Positions 49,124 through 59,777 of a stretch of 64,000 nucleotides of DNA are shown here, one piece after another. This DNA comes from Sedimentisphaerales bacterium. GTDB taxonomy: Bacteria > Planctomycetota > Phycisphaerae > Sedimentisphaerales > SM23-30. The stretch spans positions 2,753 to 66,752 of the forward strand of contig JAFGKT010000064.1 in assembly GCA_016928435.1 (NCBI GenBank), in the 5' to 3' direction. The position numbers and the translations under genes are program-made. The notes beneath the pieces are model-generated. The model ran no database searches and was not told the DNA's origin. It saw only the letters and a list, made by a program, of their open reading frames with translations. Within the stretch, counting starts at the first letter, position 1. Each line of letters begins with the position of its first letter.

Positions 49124-49744
49124 ATGAGTAGCAAAAAGGATAAAAAAGCGGGTAAGTCAATTCCGATTGAATCTGCGGAAGAATCTATTGATTCAGCTCA
49201 GCCCACAGAGGGTCAGCCGGAATCGCAATCTCCGGAAGTTGTCGAAGAACCAGCGGCTGAGCCTTCGTTAGAACAACAGTATGAGCAGTTGAAAGCGAGA
49301 TATCAACGCCTGGGTGCCGACTACGCCAACTACCAGAAACGCAGTCAGCGCCAGATTGAACAGGCGTCTCAGTTCGCCCAGGAAAGTGTTGTTCGGGCCA
49401 TTTTGCCGGTTCTGGATAATTTTGATCATACTTTGGTTCAGGGCAGCGAGGATATGAATCCCGCGGCAATTCTGCAAGGGGTCCAAATTGTTTACGATCA
49501 TCTGACCAAGACTCTCAGCGGTTTTGGTATGGAGCGGGTGGCAGTCAAAGTGGGTACTGATTTTGACCCCACCATTCACGAAGCGGTTCTACATGAAGAA
49601 AGCGCTGAATTGGAGCCTAACCAAGTTGTCCGCGAGTTAGCTGCCGGTTACACAATGAACGAACGTACGATTCGTCCAGCCAAAGTTTCCGTTGCCAAGG
49701 CGCCCAGTGAACCGCAGACCGAAGAAGAAACGACGGAAGAATAA
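49124..49744 (+). CDS. grpE: Nucleotide exchange factor GrpE
   Basis: Coiled-coil region followed by the GrpE beta domain (VVRELAAGYTMNERTIRPAKVSV). Follows dnaJ. Confidence 0.9.
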   Translation: MSSKKDKKAGKSIPIESAEESIDSAQPTEGQPESQSPEVVEEPAAEPSLEQQYEQLKARYQRLGADYANYQKRSQRQIEQASQFAQESVVRAILPVLDNFDHTLVQGSEDMNPAAILQGVQIVYDHLTKTLSGFGMERVAVKVGTDFDPTIHEAVLHEESAELEPNQVVRELAAGYTMNERTIRPAKVSVAKAPSEPQTEEETTEE

Positions 49745-49968
49745 TTACTAACTGCCCATATAGGTTTTGTCAACTTTCGCAGTTTTGAACGTCAAAATAT
49801 GCACTCAGAAGTGCCTTTCTATCGCATACGTATTTTTGTTCGTCTTCGAGCATGCTTTCGAAAGCGACAAAAAACAATCAGATCCCTTCAAAAGGTACTT
49901 CCGCTATGAAACCCGACAATGTAAATCAAGAAAAAGTGCGAAGTCGCACGTTTTTATGTGAGTAAAAA

Positions 49969-50325
49969 ATGCCGACCTACGAATACAAATGCGAAGCTTG
50001 CGGTCACGATTTCGAGCAGTTCCAATCTATCACTGCTGATCCGATTCGCAAATGTCCAGCTTGCGGCAAAAACAAAGTCAAAAGACTGATCGGAATGGGA
50101 GCCGGGCTGATATTCAAAGGCTCGGGGTTCTATCAAACGGATTACCGCAGCGAAGGCTATCACAAAGCCGCCAATGCCGATAAGAGTTCCGCTTCCAGCA
50201 GCAGTGCCAAGAGCACCGATAGCGGTTCCAGTAAGAATAGCGATTCTAGTTCCAGCGGTTCGAGTTCTTCTTCAGGCGGCAGCGGCGGTTCTGGTTCGGC
50301 CGGCCAATCTAAGAGCGATTCATAG
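49969..50325 (+). CDS. FmdB-family zinc-ribbon protein with Ser-rich tail
   Basis: MPTYEYKCEACGHDFE ... KCPACG signature. The C-terminal half is an S/G low-complexity region. Confidence 0.85.
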   Translation: MPTYEYKCEACGHDFEQFQSITADPIRKCPACGKNKVKRLIGMGAGLIFKGSGFYQTDYRSEGYHKAANADKSSASSSSAKSTDSGSSKNSDSSSSGSSSSSGGSGGSGSAGQSKSDS

Positions 50326-50388
50326 GTTGATTGTGAATCGGCGCGATTTGCGTTTTGGTGTTTGCTGTTTTTTTAGGTGCGCATCTCT

Positions 50389-50574
50389 ATGGCTCAATTT
50401 CGCTGTCCTATTTGTCGTAAAGTCTTCTCAGATGTCGCTGGCTCGGATGTGTCTTTTTTGCCTTTTTGCAGCGAGCGTTGCCAATTAATAGATTTGGGAA
50501 ACTGGTGCGACGGCCGCTATAGCATTCCCGTGGAAGAAGATTCTGATTCCACGATCCCGCCTTTGGATGATTAA
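50389..50574 (+). CDS. yacG: DNA gyrase inhibitor YacG (zinc-binding)
   Basis: CPICRK ... PFCSERCQLIDLGNW motif, about 60 aa. Confidence 0.8.
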   Translation: MAQFRCPICRKVFSDVAGSDVSFLPFCSERCQLIDLGNWCDGRYSIPVEEDSDSTIPPLDD

Positions 50575-50715
50575 TCAGTCGTCGGTTTCCCAGACCGCCG
50601 ATTCATCCGGGGCAACATTTCTTTGCTTTTATCTGAATTAGCTGTTAATCTGACATGGGCATGTTCGTGAACATTGCCTGGCAAGTATGTGATTTTCTTT
50701 GGAGCCGGCTGATCC

Positions 50716-51555
50716 ATGGCTGAGATACCGCGCAATTCCGCTGACCTTACAAGTCAATCAAACTCTCCTGACGCGGCTTTAGACAACACAACCGAGCTTT
50801 ATAGTTCAGATAAGTATATCACCCACTATCCGACACTTTTTACTGAGCATTCCGCGTGGAAGATGACCAAGCTGTGTCCGCCTCTGGATATTTGGCACAA
50901 GCAGCTTGCTACGAGTACACAGCAAGTAGGATTGCTCGATGTTGGGGGCGGTGCCGGTCTAATTCTAAAAGCCACCGCTGAGCATATCCAAAAAGCGTAT
51001 GGTTGTCAGGTACGCAAATACGCTTTGGATTTGAGCCCAGCCATGCTGGAAACCCAGCGACAAAATAACCCCGATCTAATTGAAGCTCTCCAGCAAGATA
51101 TTACCGCTACTGGTTTTCCTGACAAAACCTTTGATCTGACTTTAATGATCGATGTTTTGGAGCATGTGCCGGACCCCGAGGCGGTTTTGCGGGAGCTGAA
51201 GCGCATTTCGCATTATGTACTTTTGAAGGTTCCGCTGGAGGATCATTTGGTCAATCGTCTTTCGGATTTCCTTAACCGGGGACAGACGCGCCGAAGCCAC
51301 CGTGAAATTTTGGGCCATGTCAACTTTTACACAGCGTCTTCACTTCGCCGTCAATTAACCGGTCATCTGGGCCGAGTTTTGCATTTTGATTATACCAATG
51401 CCTTTGAGTTCACGCTCCGTAGCGAACCGACGCAGCCCAAAGCCGTTTTGCGTCTGGTCAACCGGTTGTGTCGCGGTTTGTATCGTTTTTCACCTCGTGT
51501 CGCATCCGGGGTGTTCACGGATTTTGCCGTGGTTCTGGTTTGCTGTAATCCTTAA
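50716..51555 (+). CDS. Class I SAM-dependent methyltransferase
   Basis: Motif I LLDVGGGAGL and post-I acidic loop. The substrate is not inferable. Confidence 0.8.
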   Translation: MAEIPRNSADLTSQSNSPDAALDNTTELYSSDKYITHYPTLFTEHSAWKMTKLCPPLDIWHKQLATSTQQVGLLDVGGGAGLILKATAEHIQKAYGCQVRKYALDLSPAMLETQRQNNPDLIEALQQDITATGFPDKTFDLTLMIDVLEHVPDPEAVLRELKRISHYVLLKVPLEDHLVNRLSDFLNRGQTRRSHREILGHVNFYTASSLRRQLTGHLGRVLHFDYTNAFEFTLRSEPTQPKAVLRLVNRLCRGLYRFSPRVASGVFTDFAVVLVCCNP

Positions 51556-51691
51556 AGCCTCAGCAGTCAGAGCTTTACGGATAGGGGGTTTTTGCTTGAG
51601 TTACGCCGATATTGCCGATAATATTGTTGGTGTTACCAATTTGAAGCGTTTTTCAACACGGATGATCCATTTGTAGGAGGCCAGGAAGGCC

Positions 51692-53575
51692 GTGAAAAAA
51701 CAAGATAGTACCGGGCAATTGGGTTTTGCCTTTGAATCTGAGCAGGAGTCTGTCGCTACCATCGTGAAACCGACCAAGAAGAAGAAAAAGACCACAGCGA
51801 AAAAAACCGCAACCGATAAAGGCAAAACCGATAAACTTGTCTTGCCCAGCAAAACCAAGCCGGCAAAAAAAGAAAAAGAAGATCCGATTATCAAGAAGCG
51901 CAAGCAGAAAGATATAGTTCGGAAAAAAATAGAGCAAATTTCGGAAGACAAGATTGAAGCCCAAGCTCAATTAATGGCTTCCAAGCAGCGTGATATAAGC
52001 GTCAGTGAGTTTTTTGCCAAGAATCGTCATCTCTTAGGTTTTGACAATCCCCGTAAAGCCCTGTTGACCGCGGTCAAAGAAGCGGTGGACAATTCTCTGG
52101 ATGCTTGCGAAGAAGCTCAGATTCTCCCGGTCATTGAAGTGGGTATTACCCAGACTGCTGACGACCGTTTCAGAATATGGATCCAGGATAACGGTCCGGG
52201 TATCGTCAAACAGCAGATTCCTAATATTTTCGGCCGATTGCTTTACGGCAGTAAGTTCCATACCTTGCGTATGGCGCGGGGTCAACAAGGCATAGGCATA
52301 TCCGCGGCCGGCATGTACGGTTTGCTCACCACCGGTAAGAGTGTAAAAATCACCAGCCGGACCGGCCCGCGCAGCCAAGCCCACTATTACGAACTGCAAA
52401 TCAATACCCAAAAGAATCGTCCGGAGATCATCGAAGACCGTGTGACTGACTGGGAGGCTTCCAGCGGCACACGGGTAGAAATTGAAATGGAGGCTCGCTA
52501 CCAGCGCGGTCGACAAAGCGTCGATGAATACCTTGCCCAAACCGCTATCGCCAATCCACATGCGGAATTTCGTTACGTTCAACCCGATGGCCAGGTGTTG
52601 ATCTACGAACGCTCGGTACCGGATGTTGTCGAAGTACCTAAAGCCGTCAAGCCTCATCCTTATGGCGTGGAACTGGGCGTACTAATGAAGATGGCCAAAG
52701 ACACCCCCGAGAAAACCATGACATCGTTTCTTAGCGAAGAGTTTTCGCGGGTTAGTTCCAAGGTTTCCCAAGAGATTCTCGACAAAGCCAAAATCTCCGC
52801 GCGTAAAAACCCATCGACCATAAACCATGCCGAGGCGGAAAAGCTCTATCGGGCTATCAACGACACTAAAATAATGGCGCCTAGTACCCGTTGTGTGGTT
52901 CCCATAGGTGAAGACGCTTTGCTCAAGGGGCTGCAGCAGGTGGTTGAAGCGAGCTTTTACACGGTTTGTACTCGTCCGCCGGCGGTTTATCGCGGTAACC
53001 CTTTCCAGATCGAAGCCGGTTTAGCCTACGGGGGCAAACAACAAAATGATATCGAAGAAGAAGACTTCGAGCTTGGCAAAAACGGCAATGGCAACGGCAA
53101 TGGTAATGGCAATCAAGAACAAATGCGCGTGTTGCGTTTCGCTAATCGCGTGCCGTTGCTTTATCAGCAGTCAGCCTGTGGTATTTTCAAAGCTGTCACC
53201 CAGATGAATTGGCGTTTGTATGGTCTGTCGCAGAGCCGCGGTTCGCTACCGGCAGGTCCCGTTACCGTTATGGTGCATATAGCGTCCGTATGGGTGCCGT
53301 TTACCTCCGAAAGCAAAGAAGCTGTCGCTCATTATCAGGAAATTCTCAAAGAAGTGAAACTCGCTCTGGGTGAATGCGGTCGGCGGTTGGGTACGTACCT
53401 GCGCGGCCAAAAACGCCGGCGCGACGAATCGCTCAAACGCAGCTATATCGAAAAATATCTCCCAGCTATCGGCGAGGCGCTGCGTGATATCCTGTCGCTC
53501 AAAGACCAACAAGTTGACACCATGTTGGAGCATTTGGAGTATGTCTTGGAACACAGCCGCAGCACCAAGATATGA
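51692..53575 (+). CDS. top6B: DNA topoisomerase VI subunit B (GHKL ATPase) with Lys-rich N-terminal extension
   Basis: Bergerat fold: N-box KEAVDNSLDA, G1 QDNGPGI, G2 GQQGIGISAAG. Transducer motif WVPFTSESKEAVA. GTG start at 51692 follows AGGAAGG; an alternative ATG at 51974 would remove the K-rich region. Confidence 0.85.
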   Translation: MKKQDSTGQLGFAFESEQESVATIVKPTKKKKKTTAKKTATDKGKTDKLVLPSKTKPAKKEKEDPIIKKRKQKDIVRKKIEQISEDKIEAQAQLMASKQRDISVSEFFAKNRHLLGFDNPRKALLTAVKEAVDNSLDACEEAQILPVIEVGITQTADDRFRIWIQDNGPGIVKQQIPNIFGRLLYGSKFHTLRMARGQQGIGISAAGMYGLLTTGKSVKITSRTGPRSQAHYYELQINTQKNRPEIIEDRVTDWEASSGTRVEIEMEARYQRGRQSVDEYLAQTAIANPHAEFRYVQPDGQVLIYERSVPDVVEVPKAVKPHPYGVELGVLMKMAKDTPEKTMTSFLSEEFSRVSSKVSQEILDKAKISARKNPSTINHAEAEKLYRAINDTKIMAPSTRCVVPIGEDALLKGLQQVVEASFYTVCTRPPAVYRGNPFQIEAGLAYGGKQQNDIEEEDFELGKNGNGNGNGNGNQEQMRVLRFANRVPLLYQQSACGIFKAVTQMNWRLYGLSQSRGSLPAGPVTVMVHIASVWVPFTSESKEAVAHYQEILKEVKLALGECGRRLGTYLRGQKRRRDESLKRSYIEKYLPAIGEALRDILSLKDQQVDTMLEHLEYVLEHSRSTKI

Positions 53576-53611
53576 CCAGCCTGAATATCGCTGCTATGGG
53601 AGAGTCAGCCA

Positions 53612-54448
53612 ATGAGTTATCTTGAAGCGATTCTGTTGGGCATTGTTCAAGGCCTAACCGAATTTCTCCCAGTCTCCAGTTCCGGCCATCTTGTGATCCT
53701 CCAGCACTGGTTCAAACACAACCCCGATGACCCAGCTATGATACTTTTCGATCTGGCGCTGCATCTGGGTACCGTGGTCGCGATACTTTTCTATTATCGC
53801 CACAGCATAAAGAAGTATTTTCAGCACCTATTCACCAGCCTTGCCGACCTGAACCACCCCGGCAAGCTCTATCATCAATCCGCGAGTATTCGTTTTACTC
53901 TCTTAGCGGGCATTGCGATTGTGGTGACGGGTCTTTTCTATGCTCTGTTCAAAGATATCGTCGAAAAAGGTTTCGAAAAGGCCTGGATTGTGGCGGTGTG
54001 TTGGCTCATCACCGCGGCGGTGTTGTTGCTGACTGACCAGCGCAAACACGCCCGGCGGAGTCTTAGGCAGTTTGGTATCATCGCGGCGGTGTTGGTGGGG
54101 TTGGCCCAAGGAGCGGCATTGTTTCCAGGTATTTCACGCAGCGGATCGACTATTTGTGTGGCGGTTCTGCTGGGTTTGCATCGGCGCTGGGCTGGGGAGT
54201 TCAGTTTTCTTATCGGCGTCCCGGCGATTCTGGGTGCCGCCCTGCTGAAAGGCAAAGAATTCTTCGAGCTTGACCATTCCGCCTTGGACTGGGGACCCTT
54301 ATTGGCGGGTTCTGTCATCAGCGCGGTGGTGGGGTTGGCGGCCTTATCGCTGTTGATATGGGCTCTGCGTAGGGCGAAACTAAAATATTTTGCAGCGTAT
54401 TGTGCTGTAATTGCAGTAGTTACGTTAATCGTGCTGGCTGTGCATTAG
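53612..54448 (+). CDS. uppP: Undecaprenyl-diphosphate phosphatase
   Basis: GIVQGLTEFLPVSSSGHL and PGISRSGSTI motifs; 8 TM. Confidence 0.95.
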   Translation: MSYLEAILLGIVQGLTEFLPVSSSGHLVILQHWFKHNPDDPAMILFDLALHLGTVVAILFYYRHSIKKYFQHLFTSLADLNHPGKLYHQSASIRFTLLAGIAIVVTGLFYALFKDIVEKGFEKAWIVAVCWLITAAVLLLTDQRKHARRSLRQFGIIAAVLVGLAQGAALFPGISRSGSTICVAVLLGLHRRWAGEFSFLIGVPAILGAALLKGKEFFELDHSALDWGPLLAGSVISAVVGLAALSLLIWALRRAKLKYFAAYCAVIAVVTLIVLAVH

Positions 54449-54615
54449 CCGTGAGATTATTCTTTTCTGGCTTGATTGTCCGCTGACAGAGCAAATACGA
54501 CCCACCCCTGGGTAGAGATTTTCGTTGCCCTAGAGGCCCTGCTAGGCGTATAATCATCTGTGTGTATAATGAATTGTGATCGGTGTAATCACTTGGCAGT
54601 TAAGGAATTAACTAG

Positions 54616-55368
54616 ATGGCAACATCCTTCGCGTCGTTTTGCGACGATTTCTACATCAACATGAACCTCAACACCGAGTTGGAATTGCCTACCGAGCGCG
54701 ATACGGTCCTCCATTTCTTTGAGCGTATCCAAAGGCAGTTCCCTACAATGAGCAACTTCTACCAGCGTGAGACCGGCGAGTTTTGTCTGGATGAAGATCG
54801 CGAGTTGGGTAGTTATCGGTGGGTTTCTATTGAGGCTGATCGGATTTGCAGCGGCCATGTCAACCCCGAAAGCATCGAACAGGCCGACGAACAGCATCGT
54901 CTGATTCTCGAACTGGCCCCTTTTGCGCTAGGGGTCAGCCATCTCGATGTGGATTCCCTGGACGTTTTGTTCGGAATGGACTTCGACTATCAAGGCAACC
55001 ATGACGAAATCTTGGCTGAAGCCCTGTTCCGCGATAGTCCTTTCGCTACCTTTATGGACATACCCGGTGCTAAGCCCCTTAGTTTTGACCCCGCCATTAT
55101 GGTAAGCCTTACTGAGAATTGCCGACGCCAAGCCCGAATCTCTTTTGAATCGCGTACCGGGGCCTATCAATTACGCAGCGGCAAATTCAAAGAAGAAGAC
55201 CAACTCAGTCTCTATCTTTGCGTGCGCCAATATCCCGAGCCTCTTACTCGTTTCGCGGCCATTGATTCCTATAATGAGCAACGCGATCTTTGTATCGAGC
55301 TGATGAGCGATCGGGTAATCCCCGCATTTGTCACTCCTATCCAGGGCGTGATCCGTCAACGTCAATAA
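54616..55368 (+). CDS. Hypothetical protein
   Basis: 250-aa ORF whose codon style matches its neighbours. A candidate promoter TTGCCC-18-TATAAT lies at about 54524-54553. No family recognised. Confidence 0.6.
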   Translation: MATSFASFCDDFYINMNLNTELELPTERDTVLHFFERIQRQFPTMSNFYQRETGEFCLDEDRELGSYRWVSIEADRICSGHVNPESIEQADEQHRLILELAPFALGVSHLDVDSLDVLFGMDFDYQGNHDEILAEALFRDSPFATFMDIPGAKPLSFDPAIMVSLTENCRRQARISFESRTGAYQLRSGKFKEEDQLSLYLCVRQYPEPLTRFAAIDSYNEQRDLCIELMSDRVIPAFVTPIQGVIRQRQ

Positions 55369-55454
55369 TCCAAAATAGCCTTATTTTCACGCCGACGTCA
55401 TCACTTCTGTTTCAATTATCACCGTTTTTTCTGTCGCGTGCTTTCCCTATGCGC

Positions 55455-55494
55455 AAAAAAAACGCAAGCTCAGCCGCAAAAAGGACCGAGCTTG
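55455..55494 (-). terminator. Rho-independent terminator on the minus strand (orphan)
   Basis: Stem CAAGCTC (55465-55471) / GAGCTTG (55488-55494). On the minus strand the hairpin is followed by CG + T8 (plus-strand A8 at 55455-55462). Confidence 0.5.
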
Positions 55495-56144
55495 CCTGTT
55501 TTGGTTAGCCGCTGTTATCCTGGAAGCTTTTTTCTTCCTCAGCGCCCAACAGCTAAATGCTGTATTAAAAGGCTGTGCTAAAACACAGTCTTGAGGTGCC
55601 CATTGGATGGGCAAAAAACTATGTGATTGTATGCGGTCCTACTCCAATGGCGGACCACGAAAAATGCGATTTCAACGATAGGCGACTCCTTTCGCAATTA
55701 AGTCCAAGGGTGACCCAAAACACGGTGCAAATGCATTTGCTTAACACCATTATTCTAACACACACTAAGCCAAAAAGCAAGCAATCTGCGAACTTTGTGG
55801 ATTTAATAAAATCTTGTCAGCAAAGAAGTTCCGATAACTATCGGCAAGCTGTTTTCAGTTGTGTTTGACAAGCAAATATGGTAGGCCCGTAAGGCGGTCC
55901 TGTCTTATTCCCTGCTTTATTTTCGCCATTCAATTTGGCCAAACAATTCTCTGAAAACCCGGTCTGATTCGCTGATTTTATGAGGTTGTATTCCCATCGG
56001 TTTTGCGTCTATTACCCAGCTTTGTCCGGCTGGGCAAATTGCCCTGATCCTCCTGATAGTACTTGCAATTGACCGCGGATCATGGCATCATTGCACTTTT
56101 GGATTAGGTCTATATAAATGTCATTTGATTTCGAGGAATCAAAA

Positions 56145-57032
56145 ATGAGTATTGTTGCCACCGGAAGTAAAGTTAGTCGGCAAAATGCCTGGATCATATT
56201 GATCATGTGTGTGGCCTTTGGCCTGTATTTTGCCTATGACGGCTATATGAGCGAAGACTATCAACGCCGTCATGTCGAGTGGCCCGTCAAGCCCGGTGAT
56301 TTCAATGATCCGGTCGCCTTTGCTGTGGATTTGAGGCTCGGCACCACTCCGGAAGCGCAGCATCTGTTCAGCCAACTTTCTGAGCCCAGCCAAAGTCTTC
56401 TGTTGTCTATGAATCCCGCCGCCGCCCGTGGTTCGGAAGAATTCGCGCAACAGCTCGCCGACGAACTCAATATGCTTATGAATCGTGACAATCTATTCCG
56501 GGACAGTCCTATTCCGCAAGATCAACTCAGTGATGAGACCAAAGAATTGATGAGTCGCGGCACAATGCCGGTAGAAGACATAATAATCTTGAACCATATG
56601 ATACTCATCGATAGTTTTCCGAATCATATAAAACCCAGTACTTGGCACGATGGCCAAGCAACGGCCAACTTGAAGTTCAATCGCTACTATGGTCCCGCGG
56701 TATGTGCCTTGGTGGCGTTGTATTTCCTGGCTGTTATCGTCCGGATTCCTTCATATCGTATCGAAGCCGATGAGACCGGGTTGAAATTCCACTCCGGCCT
56801 AAAGGTACCCTACAGCGCCATCCAGCAAATCGACAACCGGTTGTTCGAGAAAAAAGGTCGTTTCACTATAACCTATGACGATAAAGGTGCCGGCAAAACT
56901 TTGACACTCTCGCGCACTCAATATGACAACCTTGGTGTCATTCTCGCTGAAATAATCAAGCAGACCGGTGCCGCGCCGTCTTCAGAGCCGGCAGCCGAGG
57001 ATACCGCCACGCCTGACGACAGCCAAGCGTAG
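56145..57032 (+). CDS. Hypothetical membrane protein
   Basis: ATG at 56145 is preceded by GAGGAA. There is an N-terminal TM (AWIILIMCVAFGLYFAY) and a second TM (GPAVCALVALYFLAVIV). No family recognised. Confidence 0.6.
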   Translation: MSIVATGSKVSRQNAWIILIMCVAFGLYFAYDGYMSEDYQRRHVEWPVKPGDFNDPVAFAVDLRLGTTPEAQHLFSQLSEPSQSLLLSMNPAAARGSEEFAQQLADELNMLMNRDNLFRDSPIPQDQLSDETKELMSRGTMPVEDIIILNHMILIDSFPNHIKPSTWHDGQATANLKFNRYYGPAVCALVALYFLAVIVRIPSYRIEADETGLKFHSGLKVPYSAIQQIDNRLFEKKGRFTITYDDKGAGKTLTLSRTQYDNLGVILAEIIKQTGAAPSSEPAAEDTATPDDSQA

Positions 57033-57050
57033 TGGCATAAGTCTGGTTCT

Positions 57051-59225
57051 ATGACTTCCTCCAATCAACCGTCTATTGACCCAACGACTGAAATACGTTT
57101 CTTGCGCGGCGTCGGTCCTCGCCGGGCGGAGCTGTTCGCCCAACTGGGGGTTCATACCGTAGCGGATTTGCTGGAATACTATCCGCGCGATTATCAATTC
57201 ATGCCGCCGCTTTGCCTTATCTCCGAGTTAGCGCCGGATTTGAACGTTGCTGTTGCCGGGCGTATCGATTCTTTGAATTTCAATCGTCGCAGCCGACCGC
57301 CTCGCTTCGAGGTGCGGTTGGAGGACAATACCGGCAGTTGCCGACTAGTGTGGTTTCACGGCGCGTATCTCAAGGACAAATTCATCCCCGGCGATACCAT
57401 TGCCGCTTGGGGTAAGGTCAGCCGTTATCACGAAACCCTGCAAATAATCAATCCCAAGTGGACTCGCGTCGAAGATGCCGACGACTTACTTAGCCGTCAG
57501 GATACCGCTCGCGCGGTTTACCCTGCCACTGCGGATTTATCATCCAGCCAAATCGGCGGTGTGATTCGCAATTCAATTGACGCGATAACCGCCGGCGTGC
57601 CCGAACGCTACCCGGACGCATTCATCAAAGCCAAAAAGTTCCCCTCTCGCGCCGATGCCTTACGTTGGATCCATTGCCCGAGCGACGAAGATCAAATTAA
57701 TGCCGCCCGTCGTCGATTGGTGTATGATGAGCTTTTTCTGATGGAACTGGGCATCGCTCTACGCCGTGAAGCGGTGCGTATCATACAGCCTGCCTATCCT
57801 GTCGCGGTCGATGAGCGTTTGGACAAGCGAATTCGTCGGCTTTTCCCTTTCTTACTCACCGACGCGCAAAACCGGGTAATCGACGAAATCGCTGCGGACA
57901 TGGCTCGTTCTGAACCGATGAACCGTTTACTTCAGGGCGATGTCGGCTCGGGCAAGACTGTGGTAGCTTTGTACGCCACGCTTGCCGCCATCGGCAATCA
58001 ACGCCAAGTCGCCATAATGACCCCTACCGAAATCCTCGCTGAACAGCACTTTCTCAGCGTCGAACGTTATTTGCGTAATAGCCGGGTCCGTCGGGTGCTG
58101 CTGACCGGAGGATTGACGGGCAAAAAACGCGCCGAACTGATGAGTCAAATCGACCAAGGCGAAATCGATCTTGTAGTCGGCACCCAGGCTTTGCTGCAAA
58201 AAGACGTCACGTTCAACAATCTTGGTTTGGTGGTGATCGATGAACAGCACAAGTTCGGCGTACGTCAGCGCCAACGTATTCGCGGCAAAGACGTAGCGCC
58301 CCATTATCTGGTTATGACCGCTACGCCGATCCCTCGCACCTTAGCTATGACAGTATTCGGCGATTTGGAGGTTTCGGTGATTGACCAATTACCGCCGGGC
58401 CGACGCAGTATCGAAACCCGCTACGTTGCCCCTGAGCAAAAGCAAAAGGCCTTTGATTTTATCCGCCAAAAGGTCAAGCAAGGCCAGCAGGTCTATTTTG
58501 TCTATCCCCGTGTCCAGGATGCCGCCGCTGATGCCGAAGCTGATCTCGATGCCGACGCTGAGCTGTTTGACGCTTACGATCTGCCCCCGGCCGTCGATAA
58601 ACAAACTTACGCCAAAACCCTCAAGGCCGCGATTGTCGAACACAAAGTTTTGCAGAACGAAGTTTTTCCCGAGTTTACCGTAGGTCTAATCCATGGCCAA
58701 ATGGACCATACCGACAAGCAACACGCCATGGATGATTTCCGCAATCACAAAATCGATATTTTGGTCGCCACCGTGGTAATCGAAGTCGGCGTCGATGTCC
58801 CTAACGCTACCATCATGGTGATCGAACACGCGGAGTATTTTGGCTTGGCCCAGTTGCACCAATTGCGTGGACGTATCGGACGGGGTGATAAACAATCTTA
58901 TTGCCTGCTATTCGGCGAGCCCCGCAACGAAATCGCCCAACAGCGTCTCGATACCATGGTACAAACCTGCGATGGTTTTCGCATTGCCGAGCAGGACTTA
59001 CGTCTCCGCGGCCCGGGGCAATTCTTCGGTGCCGCCCAGCACGGTCTGCCGGAACTCAAAATCGCTGATCTGCTCAGAGATACCGACCTGCTCCGCATGG
59101 CCCGCCGCGACGCTTTCGACTTAGCCCGCCAAGACCCCCATCTCCGTCAGGCGCATAATCAGGTGTTGCGTAAGGATCTGCTCAAGAGATTTGGCCCAGG
59201 ACTGCCCCTGGTGGATGTCGGCTGA
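57051..59225 (+). CDS. recG: ATP-dependent DNA helicase RecG
   Basis: Wedge-domain N-terminus. Helicase motifs [38 protein letters not shown]. Confidence 0.96.
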   Translation: MTSSNQPSIDPTTEIRFLRGVGPRRAELFAQLGVHTVADLLEYYPRDYQFMPPLCLISELAPDLNVAVAGRIDSLNFNRRSRPPRFEVRLEDNTGSCRLVWFHGAYLKDKFIPGDTIAAWGKVSRYHETLQIINPKWTRVEDADDLLSRQDTARAVYPATADLSSSQIGGVIRNSIDAITAGVPERYPDAFIKAKKFPSRADALRWIHCPSDEDQINAARRRLVYDELFLMELGIALRREAVRIIQPAYPVAVDERLDKRIRRLFPFLLTDAQNRVIDEIAADMARSEPMNRLLQGDVGSGKTVVALYATLAAIGNQRQVAIMTPTEILAEQHFLSVERYLRNSRVRRVLLTGGLTGKKRAELMSQIDQGEIDLVVGTQALLQKDVTFNNLGLVVIDEQHKFGVRQRQRIRGKDVAPHYLVMTATPIPRTLAMTVFGDLEVSVIDQLPPGRRSIETRYVAPEQKQKAFDFIRQKVKQGQQVYFVYPRVQDAAADAEADLDADAELFDAYDLPPAVDKQTYAKTLKAAIVEHKVLQNEVFPEFTVGLIHGQMDHTDKQHAMDDFRNHKIDILVATVVIEVGVDVPNATIMVIEHAEYFGLAQLHQLRGRIGRGDKQSYCLLFGEPRNEIAQQRLDTMVQTCDGFRIAEQDLRLRGPGQFFGAAQHGLPELKIADLLRDTDLLRMARRDAFDLARQDPHLRQAHNQVLRKDLLKRFGPGLPLVDVG

Positions 59226-59552
59226 AGCCTGCCCGGGCCTAAAACTTGCTCGTAGAGTCCCTTCCTTTTATACGCGTAAATGGTATTGTAGGCTTCACTT
59301 AAAACTTGGTGAAGTATTACCCGCCCGGCAGACTCTCTCCACAGCAACCCAATAACGTCCCAACCACGGCATCTTGTCCCAATTAACCCAACAAAAAAAC
59401 GCCTTAATTTAAGTTCACCCAAAAAACATGACGAAACCACCCTGTAGCAATCAACATCTGATAGTTTGAAGCCTAGCAAAAAGTATAAAAAAGCTGAGAT
59501 TTTGCTGGAAATTCTACAGTGTATTTTGCTAAGCTCAAATATTGATATCTTA

Positions 59553-59777
59553 CTATGACAGGGATCTTCCTGCCACAGTGAAGAACAATATAGTCGTTTT
59601 GGTATCAGTATGAGTTTGGGTATAGTGCCTTAACCGGTTTTGACGTTTGGCTCCATAGGTCAATGCGTTGCCATACTTAAATTCACAACACAGCTTGATC
59701 GCTGGCTGGATGTTGTAATCATGGCCGCTGCTGAAGCCATGGCTCAGTTTCGAGCGCTGCCTAATACAGACGCTCAC
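59553..59777 (-). pseudogene. Possible degraded IS5-family transposase fragment
   Basis: The track ORF translation GHDYNIQPAIKLCCEFKYGNALTYGAKRQNR ... ILFF loosely parallels the D(R/K)GYD ... IRxL ... KG ... IPPKRNR ... ERFF C-terminal region of IS5/IS427-type transposases. It lies in an AT-rich, gene-free stretch. Confidence 0.25.

Noticed and set aside
51605-51621. Tandem GCCGATA / GCCGATAA, resembling the sigma-28 -10 element, upstream of top6B.
   Set aside because: No TAAA-type -35 element sits at the required ~15-nt spacing for either copy. No sigma-28 promoter could be recognised upstream of fliC or flgM either.
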